Origin: a virus
Length of the DNA stretch: 64,000 nt
Direction: 5' to 3' (one strand)
IMG/VR virus record: IMGVR_UViG_3300004463_001172
Span: 1-64,000 of that record
How positions within the stretch are numbered: position 1 is the first letter of the stretch; each line of letters starts with the position of its first letter. The translations under genes and the position numbers were made by a program. Positions 49,006 to 57,445 of this stretch are shown one piece after another. Below the pieces are notes generated by a model that did not search any database, was not told the DNA's origin, and saw nothing but the letters and a program-made list of their open reading frames with translations.

Positions 49006-49356
49006 CTAGGTTCGTCGAATGGTGACTAAGGCGCGTTCGCCGATAATGCGTGCCGTATCCTCGCCATACGCGGCTTTGATCCGGCTCAACTCGGCAATCA
49101 CCATGTTGAGCGCTGCGGCCACATCAGCATCCCGGTCAGGGGGTTCTGGCGCGGCTGGGGCGTCTGGTGTCTCAACCGGCCAATCGAGAGTATCTGTGCT
49201 GAGCGTGGCATCAGGCATGGGTTCCCCATGGCCTACGGCGTGAATCGTGGCGAGGTCTGGTGTCACGCCTTCTGACACCTCTGGTTCATCGCCTTTACTG
49301 CGGTCGCGTGATCCGGGGTCTCTCATGAATTCACCTCCGTTAAGGTGTTTGGACAT
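49006..49356 (-). CDS. Hypothetical acidic protein
   Basis: Packed ORF. Confidence 0.5.
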   Translation of the reverse strand: MSKHLNGGEFMRDPGSRDRSKGDEPEVSEGVTPDLATIHAVGHGEPMPDATLSTDTLDWPVETPDAPAAPEPPDRDADVAAALNMVIAELSRIKAAYGEDTARIIGERALVTIRRT

Positions 49357-50654
49357 TGTACCGATGGCTGCTTTGTGGCATAAAACGCTTCAATCCAGGC
49401 GAGGAGTTCATCGCGGAGGACCAACGTCTCATCGGTCCACCACGGCAACCTCTGATCGCCGCCTTTCCCTTGTACTCCGTTATGGTACAACTGCTCGTAG
49501 TGCGGTACCCAGCCGAGGTCAATAGCACGCTGGTAGATGGGCGTGCCTGGCAGTGGGATGAGGGTAGAAATCTGTGCGGAATCGGGCTGGGCGTCTTCAA
49601 TCCAGCGCCTCGTGGCTTCCATACTCTGCCGATCATCCCCTTCCATGCCAAAGATGAGATAGGCTTTCACGGCAATGCCCACGTCATGGCAGGCCTGCAC
49701 CGCTTTGGTATTCAGCTCAACCGTATTTTTGCTAATGGCGTCGAGGATCCGCTGGTCTCCGCTTTCAAACCCGAACGAAATGCAATCAATTCCCGCCCGT
49801 TTCATCTCAGGTAACAGATCATAGTGCAACACATTCGCTCGCATGTTGACTCGGAAATGATATGACTCTTTAGCCAACACACGGCAAAACTCTTCCACCC
49901 ACGACCGCTTCAAACCCCAGAGATCATCAACCGCGACAAACCGTTTCAATCCATAGGTACATTCCAGGTCTTGTAGTTCTTCAACCACCAAGCGTACAGA
50001 CCGCACGCGAAGCTTCCGGGCCGCGTCCCCCAATGTCCTGACGCAATATGCGCAATTGAACGGACAGCCTCTTGAGCATAACAGTGTGCTACTGAAGCCG
50101 TTTCCAACTGTCAAATTACTGCAATAACTACTGAGATCCACTAAATCTCTGGCCGGCAGCGGTAACACATCAAGGTTCTGCGGTGCCGACGCATGGAACA
50201 CCCCAGGCGACCCGCCTTCCTGAATCCAGCGCGGGAGCACATGATCGGCTTCCCCGACAAACACGGCGTCAAAGCCATCCTGCAGGCATTCATGCGGTAG
50301 TGCACTGGCATGGGGCCCACCAATAATGATTCTCCAATGTGGATTCTTCCATTTAAGAGCTGTCTGAACGTTGATAGCACTGGAATATTGGGCCGAGGTA
50401 CAGGTCAAACCAAATACTGTATTATCTGGCTGCTCTTCAATCCATGCTGGCAACCTGAGATAGCCTTGTCGGACAAAAGCGTCTGGCATGACCCCGAACT
50501 GTCGTGCGAGAAAGTCATCCCCTGTCATATCCCAGAATGCCACATCTCCACCAGAGGCCCGGACTTCCGCCGCGAGCATGAGTAGCCCTAATGGCGGTGC
50601 TCCCTTATCTGAGACCAAGAACGGCGAACATGGGTTAATAAAAATGATGCGCAA
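49323..50654 (-). CDS. B12-binding (class B-type) radical SAM protein
   Basis: PPLGLLMLAA, IIGGPHAS, SRGCPFNCAYC, FGFESG, PLPGTP. Confidence 0.9.
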   Translation of the reverse strand: MRIIFINPCSPFLVSDKGAPPLGLLMLAAEVRASGGDVAFWDMTGDDFLARQFGVMPDAFVRQGYLRLPAWIEEQPDNTVFGLTCTSAQYSSAINVQTALKWKNPHWRIIIGGPHASALPHECLQDGFDAVFVGEADHVLPRWIQEGGSPGVFHASAPQNLDVLPLPARDLVDLSSYCSNLTVGNGFSSTLLCSRGCPFNCAYCVRTLGDAARKLRVRSVRLVVEELQDLECTYGLKRFVAVDDLWGLKRSWVEEFCRVLAKESYHFRVNMRANVLHYDLLPEMKRAGIDCISFGFESGDQRILDAISKNTVELNTKAVQACHDVGIAVKAYLIFGMEGDDRQSMEATRRWIEDAQPDSAQISTLIPLPGTPIYQRAIDLGWVPHYEQLYHNGVQGKGGDQRLPWWTDETLVLRDELLAWIEAFYATKQPSVQCPNTLTEVNS

Positions 50655-50674
50655 TGCTTCTTATCCTCGTTTAG

Positions 50675-51589
50675 TCATGCCAGCGCCTTCGCCACGACGT
50701 CGAGGAACGTGGCACATTGGGTTTGGTACTGGTACTGTTGATGCACCAGTCGATACCCTGTATCCGCGAAGTCCTGATATGCATCTGCCGCCAGTCCCAG
50801 AATCGTTTCCATCTGTGTGGCCAAGGCTTCCGGTGTCTCCCCATACGCGACCCCTCGCCCGATGGGGAAGAGTTCCGGCATGCTAATCGGTTCACTCACC
50901 ACCGGCACGCCACACCCCAAGGCTTCGTACAAGCGGGTCTCGGTATTTGGGCTGCTGGAATAGTGGCAATTGAGCACCACCCGACAGCGGTTGAGGTACT
51001 GCACGAGCGCCGCCCCATAACACCGATCAGCAATCGCATCGGGCCAGGCCCACCGAAACCCGCGTGGCAGGCAGGCGAGTGTATCTTGAATCCACTGAAT
51101 CCGCCGCGCGCTGGCATAGCCATACACACCGATATCGATCTCCTTCTCGACCGCGAGTCGCCGATGAACGGTGGCATCGACCCCACTACTCGGACACCAG
51201 GCCACCCGGCGCGCGCCTAATGCTGTCACCGTGGACAGACAGCAGGAGCAATGGTGCACAACGAGATCAAACGCTGCGGCATTGCGGCTTAGCGCATTGG
51301 CTTTGGCGAGCACCACTTCATCCATTGTTGGCCACTCCGGCGACATGACCTCGGCGTGCCAACAAATCGTGGGGGCTCCCGTGGTCTTGCGGAGGTGCTG
51401 AATCGCCACACGGCTCAAGCCATACCCTTGTGATATGACATTCAGGTCTGCCGGTGGCAGTCCAGTGAGGTCTTCATCACGCATATTGGCAAAGGTGACC
51501 TGATGCCCCAAGGTCTCGAAGCCCCGGTGCATCATGGACTCACAGCCCCACGCAAGATTTGCTGCTTTGCCAATCAGGTTGATCTTCAT
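50675..51589 (-). CDS. CgeB-like (GT-B fold) glycosyltransferase
   Basis: YLNRCRVVLN..RLYEALGCG..VVSE. Confidence 0.8.
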   Translation of the reverse strand: MKINLIGKAANLAWGCESMMHRGFETLGHQVTFANMRDEDLTGLPPADLNVISQGYGLSRVAIQHLRKTTGAPTICWHAEVMSPEWPTMDEVVLAKANALSRNAAAFDLVVHHCSCCLSTVTALGARRVAWCPSSGVDATVHRRLAVEKEIDIGVYGYASARRIQWIQDTLACLPRGFRWAWPDAIADRCYGAALVQYLNRCRVVLNCHYSSSPNTETRLYEALGCGVPVVSEPISMPELFPIGRGVAYGETPEALATQMETILGLAADAYQDFADTGYRLVHQQYQYQTQCATFLDVVAKALA

Positions 51590-51782
51590 TTCACTCTCTG
51601 TGCCCGTTTGAGCGCAGGCGTTCGCTGGAGTGCTTCAGCCAAATATTCTGCAACAGGATAAAGATCATCTGAATGCAGCAGATAAATTATCTCTGTGTCT
51701 TCATACGCGGGACGTTTATACGCCGGTAAGCAGAGCTTGAGCCATTCATAGAGTGAGTTCACTAAGTCTCTATCCAAGTCCA
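51586..51782 (-). CDS. Small hypothetical inserted protein
   Basis: Fills the gap between two GT genes; start uncertain. Confidence 0.35.
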
Positions 51783-52876
51783 ATCCTCTCCAACCCTGTT
51801 GCGAGCCGCTGGGTAAAGCCCTGCCAGTGGAAGTGCGAGGTGGCTCGTCTGAGCGCCTGCAGGGCTTTCTCATGCACGATGTCATCACACGTGGCCTGGG
51901 CTTCTTGCATGGTCTTCCAAAGGATTTCCGGCCGAATGATCGCTTGCTGGTAACAACTGCCATCCGGGTGTGGCTTGGAACCCTCTGGGTCAATCATCCA
52001 CCCGCAGGACGAATCCACCCACTCATTCATCGGTGCAGCATTGAGGGTGATCACGGGTCGGCCATTGACGAGCGCCTCAATAAGGCTCAACCCTAAACCT
52101 TCCATTTTACTCGGCTGTACCACGACACGCCCTAATCCATAGACCCCTCGCGGCGGTGGATAATCCCCTGATTCCCAGACGATATGTGGTGGGAGGGGCT
52201 GCTCCCAGCCAATGATCTTCACCGCCACCTCTTGGGGGAGTTGGCAATGGATCAACACTTCAGGCGGATTCCCCTCCAGCGGTTGACAGGCCAGCGCCGC
52301 GAGCAGCGTATCCAACCCTTTCCTGGCGTCGATGCCAATCCACCCTTGCGAACTGACAAAATCAAACCGCCGGTCCAGGGTCAGCGTTGAGGCCTCGACC
52401 AAGTGCTCATCCGGCACGCCCCAGCCGATATAGTGTGTCTGGGCCTCCTTCCCCCACTCTTGTAAGAGGGTGTACGCTCGTGCCGTGACACAGAGGAGCA
52501 GGTCATTAAAGCGTAGATAGGGCTTCTGGGGGAAGCTCAGGTAATTATCGATTTGTTGAACCGTTTTGATCCCAGCCTTTTGCAACGTCATAGGGAGCTC
52601 GGCTTGCAGCTCTTCGACAAACACCACCGCCTCAAGTCGGTGAAAACTGGCCCATTGCAAGAGCGCCAACGGTGGAATGACCGCATCGGGATAGTCCGTG
52701 CGGTTCGGCCAGTCCCATTCCCCAGTGGTTTCCCGCATGGGCTGCCCGTAAATCATCCCCTGCCGCACAAACATGAAACACTCGTGATGGAGGTCGACAC
52801 AGGCCCGACGTAGTGTCTGGGTAACATAGGGAACCCCACGCGCAAATGAGGTCGTGACAAATCCAAGCCTCGCCAT
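51770..52876 (-). CDS. GT4 glycosyltransferase
   Basis: RKGLD, PSKMEGLGLSLIEAL..G.PVI. Confidence 0.9.
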   Translation of the reverse strand: MARLGFVTTSFARGVPYVTQTLRRACVDLHHECFMFVRQGMIYGQPMRETTGEWDWPNRTDYPDAVIPPLALLQWASFHRLEAVVFVEELQAELPMTLQKAGIKTVQQIDNYLSFPQKPYLRFNDLLLCVTARAYTLLQEWGKEAQTHYIGWGVPDEHLVEASTLTLDRRFDFVSSQGWIGIDARKGLDTLLAALACQPLEGNPPEVLIHCQLPQEVAVKIIGWEQPLPPHIVWESGDYPPPRGVYGLGRVVVQPSKMEGLGLSLIEALVNGRPVITLNAAPMNEWVDSSCGWMIDPEGSKPHPDGSCYQQAIIRPEILWKTMQEAQATCDDIVHEKALQALRRATSHFHWQGFTQRLATGLERIGLG

Positions 52877-53209
52877 TTACCAGCGCCTCCGGGTCCAGGG
52901 GTGTGTTTCTTTGAGTCTGTGTATCTCTGCGAGCGCTCGAAAGGGGCAGATATCTGATACCGTATCAGCTGCGATCTGGGCTCCTATGGTATGGACATGC
53001 TGTACTGGCTGTTCATATGTCACTGTATTTCTATTGAAATCATAAGTGGCCGTAATCGGTGGCGGCTCAAGACAGAGATCAAACCCATGTGCAATGTAGA
53101 TCTCTTCATAACAGAGATATTGATCGATGCTATACGGGTGGCCGTAGGGTCGGAGTGAGAGTGTCGCAGATTTCATCACGGGCGCCATTTACCAGCGCCT
53201 CCGGGTCCA
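52871..53209. repeat. 27-bp perfect direct repeats (52871-52897, 53183-53209) flanking a 312-bp gene
   Basis: CGCCATTTACCAGCGCCTCCGGGTCCA occurs twice, 312 bp apart. Confidence 0.9.
52877..53188 (-). CDS. Inserted hypothetical protein (103 aa)
   Basis: Ends in HPWTRRRW, the same as the upstream gene. Confidence 0.55.
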   Translation of the reverse strand: MAPVMKSATLSLRPYGHPYSIDQYLCYEEIYIAHGFDLCLEPPPITATYDFNRNTVTYEQPVQHVHTIGAQIAADTVSDICPFRALAEIHRLKETHPWTRRRW

Positions 53210-53905
53210 TGGATGTAAAAGAAAGCGTTCACCCCACTGATAGGTTTGGCTCGGCACATCGGCGAACACGCCCGCCGCGATCACATCAGCGCCTTGGTCT
53301 TCAGGGCCTAACCCGATCATGAGTCGGTAGCGGCTCCGGTATTCCTTCGCCAGTTCTCGATAGTCGCGCGCTTTACTGGGGGCACTCTGCGAGTCAATGC
53401 TAATCATCGGGTCGCCAGATTGGGTGAAGTAGCCGGCCAGCGCGAGACAGGCATAGGACGCGCCCAGCGTAGCCACGGCCCGATAGATGGGATCTGCAAT
53501 CGTGCCTGTCGTTTCACTAACGACATGTGGTACAGTCCATTCCAGGTTCAGCCGTTGGCTCGTGGCAATGCTGCCGCCTAAGTAGCGAATCTGATAGGTG
53601 GTACTGCTGGTCGGACTACTGATCAGGAGCCAGTCTTCGGCCTCTAAGTAGTGCGGGATGTCTGCTCCGACCGGGTATTCGATCTGGCGCACGCTGGAGA
53701 ACTCATCCACCCAGCCGGTCGGTGTCCCCAGGACGGCGGTGCCACTCCCGGCTAAGGACCGTCGCCGGGTGAGGGGAAACAATCGGCTATGCTCCGCGAC
53801 GGCATTCTGGATGGCTTCTTGACGGGCCTCAATGGTCAGCTTCTGTGCGCTATCCTGAATTAAGGCCGCGAGCACGACTTCATAATCACTGAGGACCTTG
53901 GCCAT
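53189..53905 (-). CDS. Head-tail adaptor/connector-like protein
   Basis: Position; QIEYPVG..P.YL; AKEYRSRY. Confidence 0.6.
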   Translation of the reverse strand: MAKVLSDYEVVLAALIQDSAQKLTIEARQEAIQNAVAEHSRLFPLTRRRSLAGSGTAVLGTPTGWVDEFSSVRQIEYPVGADIPHYLEAEDWLLISSPTSSTTYQIRYLGGSIATSQRLNLEWTVPHVVSETTGTIADPIYRAVATLGASYACLALAGYFTQSGDPMISIDSQSAPSKARDYRELAKEYRSRYRLMIGLGPEDQGADVIAAGVFADVPSQTYQWGERFLLHPWTRRRW

Positions 53906-54261
53906 CAGTAACTACCCTTCCCAACAAAATAGGCGGAAAAATTCAGGTTCGGACTACTCCCAGCCAAGGTATAATTTAGGCGCCCCCATTTACCAAAAGG
54001 GGGTAACGTCAAGACGGCGAGCCCGGTTGCCGTGAGCGCCGCCATGCTTTTGAGGGTCAGGAACGCCCCGCCCGTGCCATAGGTGGCATTGGGGGACCAT
54101 TGCCAGCGCGGCGTCACGGATGCCCCCGTGCCAGATTTGCCCCGCACATAGATCCAGAGTTGTGCTTGGATGTACTCACCCACCGCGATATTCGCGCTGT
54201 TGCCAGAACTCGTGCGCGTGGCTTGACTCAACAGTGGAATACTATCGGCGCGTGAGGACAT
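53905..54261 (-). CDS. Small virion protein (paralog of 54242-54652)
   Basis: ATRTSSG..WSPN..GKWGRLNYTL. Confidence 0.55.
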   Translation of the reverse strand: MSSRADSIPLLSQATRTSSGNSANIAVGEYIQAQLWIYVRGKSGTGASVTPRWQWSPNATYGTGGAFLTLKSMAALTATGLAVLTLPPFGKWGRLNYTLAGSSPNLNFSAYFVGKGSY

Positions 54262-54652
54262 CCCCAGGGTTCTCCGGTCCTACGATATAGGATTTACCCA
54301 CCCATTCCATCCCAAAGGAAAGGCTCCCCTGAATGCGATAGGATACGCGCAGGAACGCCCCGAGATGACTGACGGGGATGCGATAAAATCCGATGTCGGT
54401 CAATGGCACTCCGACGACATGCTCGGCCCACCGCTGCACATCAGGGCTCACTTCCACGATGGGCCAGAGACAGGCGCCCTCGGGCCCGACCCCGTAGACA
54501 TCGAGAAACACGAGTCCTTCCGCCCAGGTGGTGACGTTGCGAGGGCTCGTGCAGCCATCCACTTGGCGCCACGCGAGATCGAGGAGGGTCACTCGTTCAC
54601 AGTGACCCTCCAGTCTCGGAGAGTGTCTGCGCAGCCGCCCCGGCCGATACAT
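54242..54652 (-). CDS. Small virion protein
   Basis: EVSPD..GAFLRVSYRI. Confidence 0.5.
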   Translation of the reverse strand: MYRPGRLRRHSPRLEGHCERVTLLDLAWRQVDGCTSPRNVTTWAEGLVFLDVYGVGPEGACLWPIVEVSPDVQRWAEHVVGVPLTDIGFYRIPVSHLGAFLRVSYRIQGSLSFGMEWVGKSYIVGPENPGDVLTRR

Positions 54653-54655
54653 GCG

Positions 54656-55096
54656 CTAGAGCGTCCAGCCGTGCTGATACATGGCGGCGAACGTCAACCC
54701 AGCGGGGAGACCCGTGGCGAGCCCTGCCGCACTCGTCATCACCCCCACGGTCCACCATGCATTAGCCGGCGCCGTCATGACGCCTGACAGCGTGTAGGCT
54801 TTGGCCTTAGTCGCCCCCGCAGGACAGGTCGCGGCCCCTTTGACGCTGCCATTGACCCAGACGCGCAGGCGCGGGGCATTGAGGGCGCCACCGGCTGTCG
54901 CGGCGTAATGCCGCAGCTGCAAGAGCCGCGATGGCTTCGCCACAAAGAATTTAAGAGCGCGCTCGGTCGCCGTTTGTGCGGCCAGCACCCCAGGTAAAGC
55001 GTTATAGACTTGAAACACATGCGAGGGGGCCCCGGTCGCCCCGGCGGCCATCCCAGGATACCCCGCTACGATTGGCCCAGAGAGATGTGTTGCCAT
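54656..55096 (-). CDS. Capsid decoration-like protein (paralog of 55111-55494)
   Basis: Shared RLRVWVN..KG and PAN motifs. Confidence 0.5.
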   Translation of the reverse strand: MATHLSGPIVAGYPGMAAGATGAPSHVFQVYNALPGVLAAQTATERALKFFVAKPSRLLQLRHYAATAGGALNAPRLRVWVNGSVKGAATCPAGATKAKAYTLSGVMTAPANAWWTVGVMTSAAGLATGLPAGLTFAAMYQHGWTL

Positions 55097-55110
55097 CGCG
55101 CCTCCTCCCC

Positions 55111-55494
55111 CTAAGCCTTAAAGCCATGATGATACCGATATTGAAAACGAATCCCCGCCCCTGCGGTGCCAGGGGCTGACGCCACCGACAGCCCTAGCAC
55201 GGAGTTAGCCGGGCCAGTAATGGCAAAGCGATTACCGACGCTGACCGCCCCACCCGCCCCAGGGGTCATGGTAATTTGCCCGGTGCCTTTGCGCACATCG
55301 TTCACCCAGACGCGCAGGCGTGCGGTCTGACCGGCTGGATACGTGGTCGCGCCATAGACCGCCACGCCTACGAGCGTAAAGGGCTTAAACATCAAGATCC
55401 GGGTCGTCGGTTGCTGCACCGTACTGGCCGCCGCCATCGTGGCTAGCGTGCCCCAGGTATCGGCGGTGCGAATCCCTGCAATGTCTTCAAACAT
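55111..55494 (-). CDS. Capsid decoration-like protein
   Basis: First minus-strand gene after the capsid gene; AAGGAG RBS. Confidence 0.5.
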   Translation of the reverse strand: MFEDIAGIRTADTWGTLATMAAASTVQQPTTRILMFKPFTLVGVAVYGATTYPAGQTARLRVWVNDVRKGTGQITMTPGAGGAVSVGNRFAITGPANSVLGLSVASAPGTAGAGIRFQYRYHHGFKA

Positions 55495-55559
55495 CGAGTC
55501 TCCTTTTCACGCCGGTTCTTTGTCCTGTCTGCCCGTAGCGTGAAGGATTGTGACTTGCC

Positions 55560-55588
55560 TTGACATTAGCAAATCTTTTAGGTATACT
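55560..55588 (+). promoter_or_regulatory. Near-consensus sigma70 promoter
   Basis: TTGACA-17-TATACT. Confidence 0.75.
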
Positions 55589-55628
55589 TATAACATCAAC
55601 TACTAAACTCACCATTCTGAGAGGGGTC

Positions 55629-55886
55629 ATGATGGAAACGAACTTCGACGTCACACGTGATGCCCGCCTACATCAGGCGGCTGATGCCCTGCTCAGTGCC
55701 GCTATGGCGTACTGGCAGGAATACCGACGGGTCACCGGTGGTGCCGCCGTCATTTGGGTATCCGATACGGATGGACGCTTGGTCATTCTCACCCGCGGGG
55801 AATACCGTGAAACGCTCTTCCGCAACATCGACGCACTCAAGCAGGACACCCAATTCCTCAAACCCTTTGAGGAGCCTACGTCATAA
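55629..55886 (+). CDS. Hypothetical protein
   Basis: GAGGGG RBS downstream of the promoter. Confidence 0.6.
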   Translation: MMETNFDVTRDARLHQAADALLSAAMAYWQEYRRVTGGAAVIWVSDTDGRLVILTRGEYRETLFRNIDALKQDTQFLKPFEEPTS

Positions 55887-56380
55887 TGGCAGCCAACTGG
55901 AGCGATGACACGAATCAGAAACGGAGTAAAGCCCTCAAAGGCCGTAAGCAGACGCCGAAGCATATTATGGCCCGTGTAGCAGCTCGGAAGGCCAAAGGTC
56001 CATGGTTTCCGAAGAAGATGAGTCCTCCATCGAGTGCCGATACCCCACCACGCACGGTGTGTGATATAGGATTTTATCGAGGACATCCCACGATCACGTT
56101 TAAAGAAGAGCAAGAATCTGAAGAGTACCCAGTGAAATGGCGTTACGCTGATACGTTGGAGCAGACGCCCCAAGATGGCGAGGGGATCGAGCGGCCCTGT
56201 ATTGCCTGTCATCGCCGGGCAGCAATTGATGGTCCTGATCCATGTCTGGGATGGATTCCAGAGGTGACCTTTGCCTGTTGTGGGCATGGGAATGTAAGCC
56301 AAGCGTATGTCGTGTTTGACGCCGGTCATTGCCTCAGAGGACCAGAGGCAGTCGCTTTCTTTGAAACGCTGCACGAATAA
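55886..56380 (+). CDS. Hypothetical protein with an N-terminal NUMOD3-like fragment and a DPCLG..ACCGHG domain
   Basis: Motifs in the translation; TAATG coupling. Confidence 0.6.
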   Translation: MAANWSDDTNQKRSKALKGRKQTPKHIMARVAARKAKGPWFPKKMSPPSSADTPPRTVCDIGFYRGHPTITFKEEQESEEYPVKWRYADTLEQTPQDGEGIERPCIACHRRAAIDGPDPCLGWIPEVTFACCGHGNVSQAYVVFDAGHCLRGPEAVAFFETLHE

Positions 56381-56389
56381 GGGAGCCCC

Positions 56390-57427
56390 ATGGCCAAACG
56401 AGTCTTTACCGACGAATGGCGTCGCAAGATTAGCGAGGCGGCGAAGGCCAGAGCGCAGACGCCCGAAGGGAAAGCCTTGCTGAGCCGGATGAGCAAGGGC
56501 AAGAGTCCCTTGGCTGAGACACGGCAGAAGATTAGTGACGCTGGGAAGGGTCGTGTGCAATCGGAGGAAACCAAGGCCAAGCGTGTGGCGTCGAGACAGG
56601 GGTATTCGCATTCGGAGGAGACCAAGCGTAAGATTAGTACGGCGAATAGTGGCAAAGTTCGAACCGACGAAACGCGGCAGAAGTTGAGTGCTGCGGGTAA
56701 GGGACGTCCGCATACGCTGGAGCATATTGCCGCTCAGGTCAACGCCAGAAAAACCAATGGTCCGTGGTTTAAAATCGATGACATCGGTGAGCGTATTAGT
56801 CATGGCAAGAAAGCTGCATTTGATGCTTTGAGCGAACCAGCAAAAGAGATGATCCGCGCCCATGCGAGAACTATCGGTAAAGCTCGACAAGTCTGGTCTG
56901 ATATCAACTGCGAGGTTTGTCATGCTGTTGTGCCTGGGCATTTGAAGCGCTTGCGCTTTTGCTCTGATGAGTGTAAAGCCCTCGGCTTGTCGGGTGCTGG
57001 TGCGCCGAATTGGCAAGGTGGGAAGACGGACGAAAGTACGAAACAACGCCATAGCTTTGAAGCAGGTATGTGGCGTTACCTCGTCTTGCACCGAGACGAG
57101 CTGCAATGTCAAATATGTGGGACTCGTGAAAATTTGCATGCACACCATATCAAATCGTGGAGTCAGTATCCCGATCTTCGCTTTGATCTAGAAAACGGGA
57201 TAACCCTCTGCATCGACTGTCATGAAACCACGCATGGCCGAAGCCTCAATGGTAAAAATACAGGCACGTATCAAGTACAATGTCAGTGTGCCTGGTGTGA
57301 TACGGTGTTCCCTCGTGAAAAGAACCGCGTCCGGGACTTGAACTATTGTGACCGGGTCTGCTCTGCACAACATATGCGTGTGAAAGCCCTACTTAAGCAT
57401 TATGGGAGGGCCAAGGCACTCGCTTGA
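56390..57427 (+). CDS. NUMOD3-repeat HNH homing endonuclease
   Basis: HSEETKRKIS repeats; RDELQCQICG..LHAHHIK..NGITLCIDCH. Confidence 0.9.
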   Translation: MAKRVFTDEWRRKISEAAKARAQTPEGKALLSRMSKGKSPLAETRQKISDAGKGRVQSEETKAKRVASRQGYSHSEETKRKISTANSGKVRTDETRQKLSAAGKGRPHTLEHIAAQVNARKTNGPWFKIDDIGERISHGKKAAFDALSEPAKEMIRAHARTIGKARQVWSDINCEVCHAVVPGHLKRLRFCSDECKALGLSGAGAPNWQGGKTDESTKQRHSFEAGMWRYLVLHRDELQCQICGTRENLHAHHIKSWSQYPDLRFDLENGITLCIDCHETTHGRSLNGKNTGTYQVQCQCAWCDTVFPREKNRVRDLNYCDRVCSAQHMRVKALLKHYGRAKALA

Positions 57428-57445
57428 CCCACCCATATTATTAGA

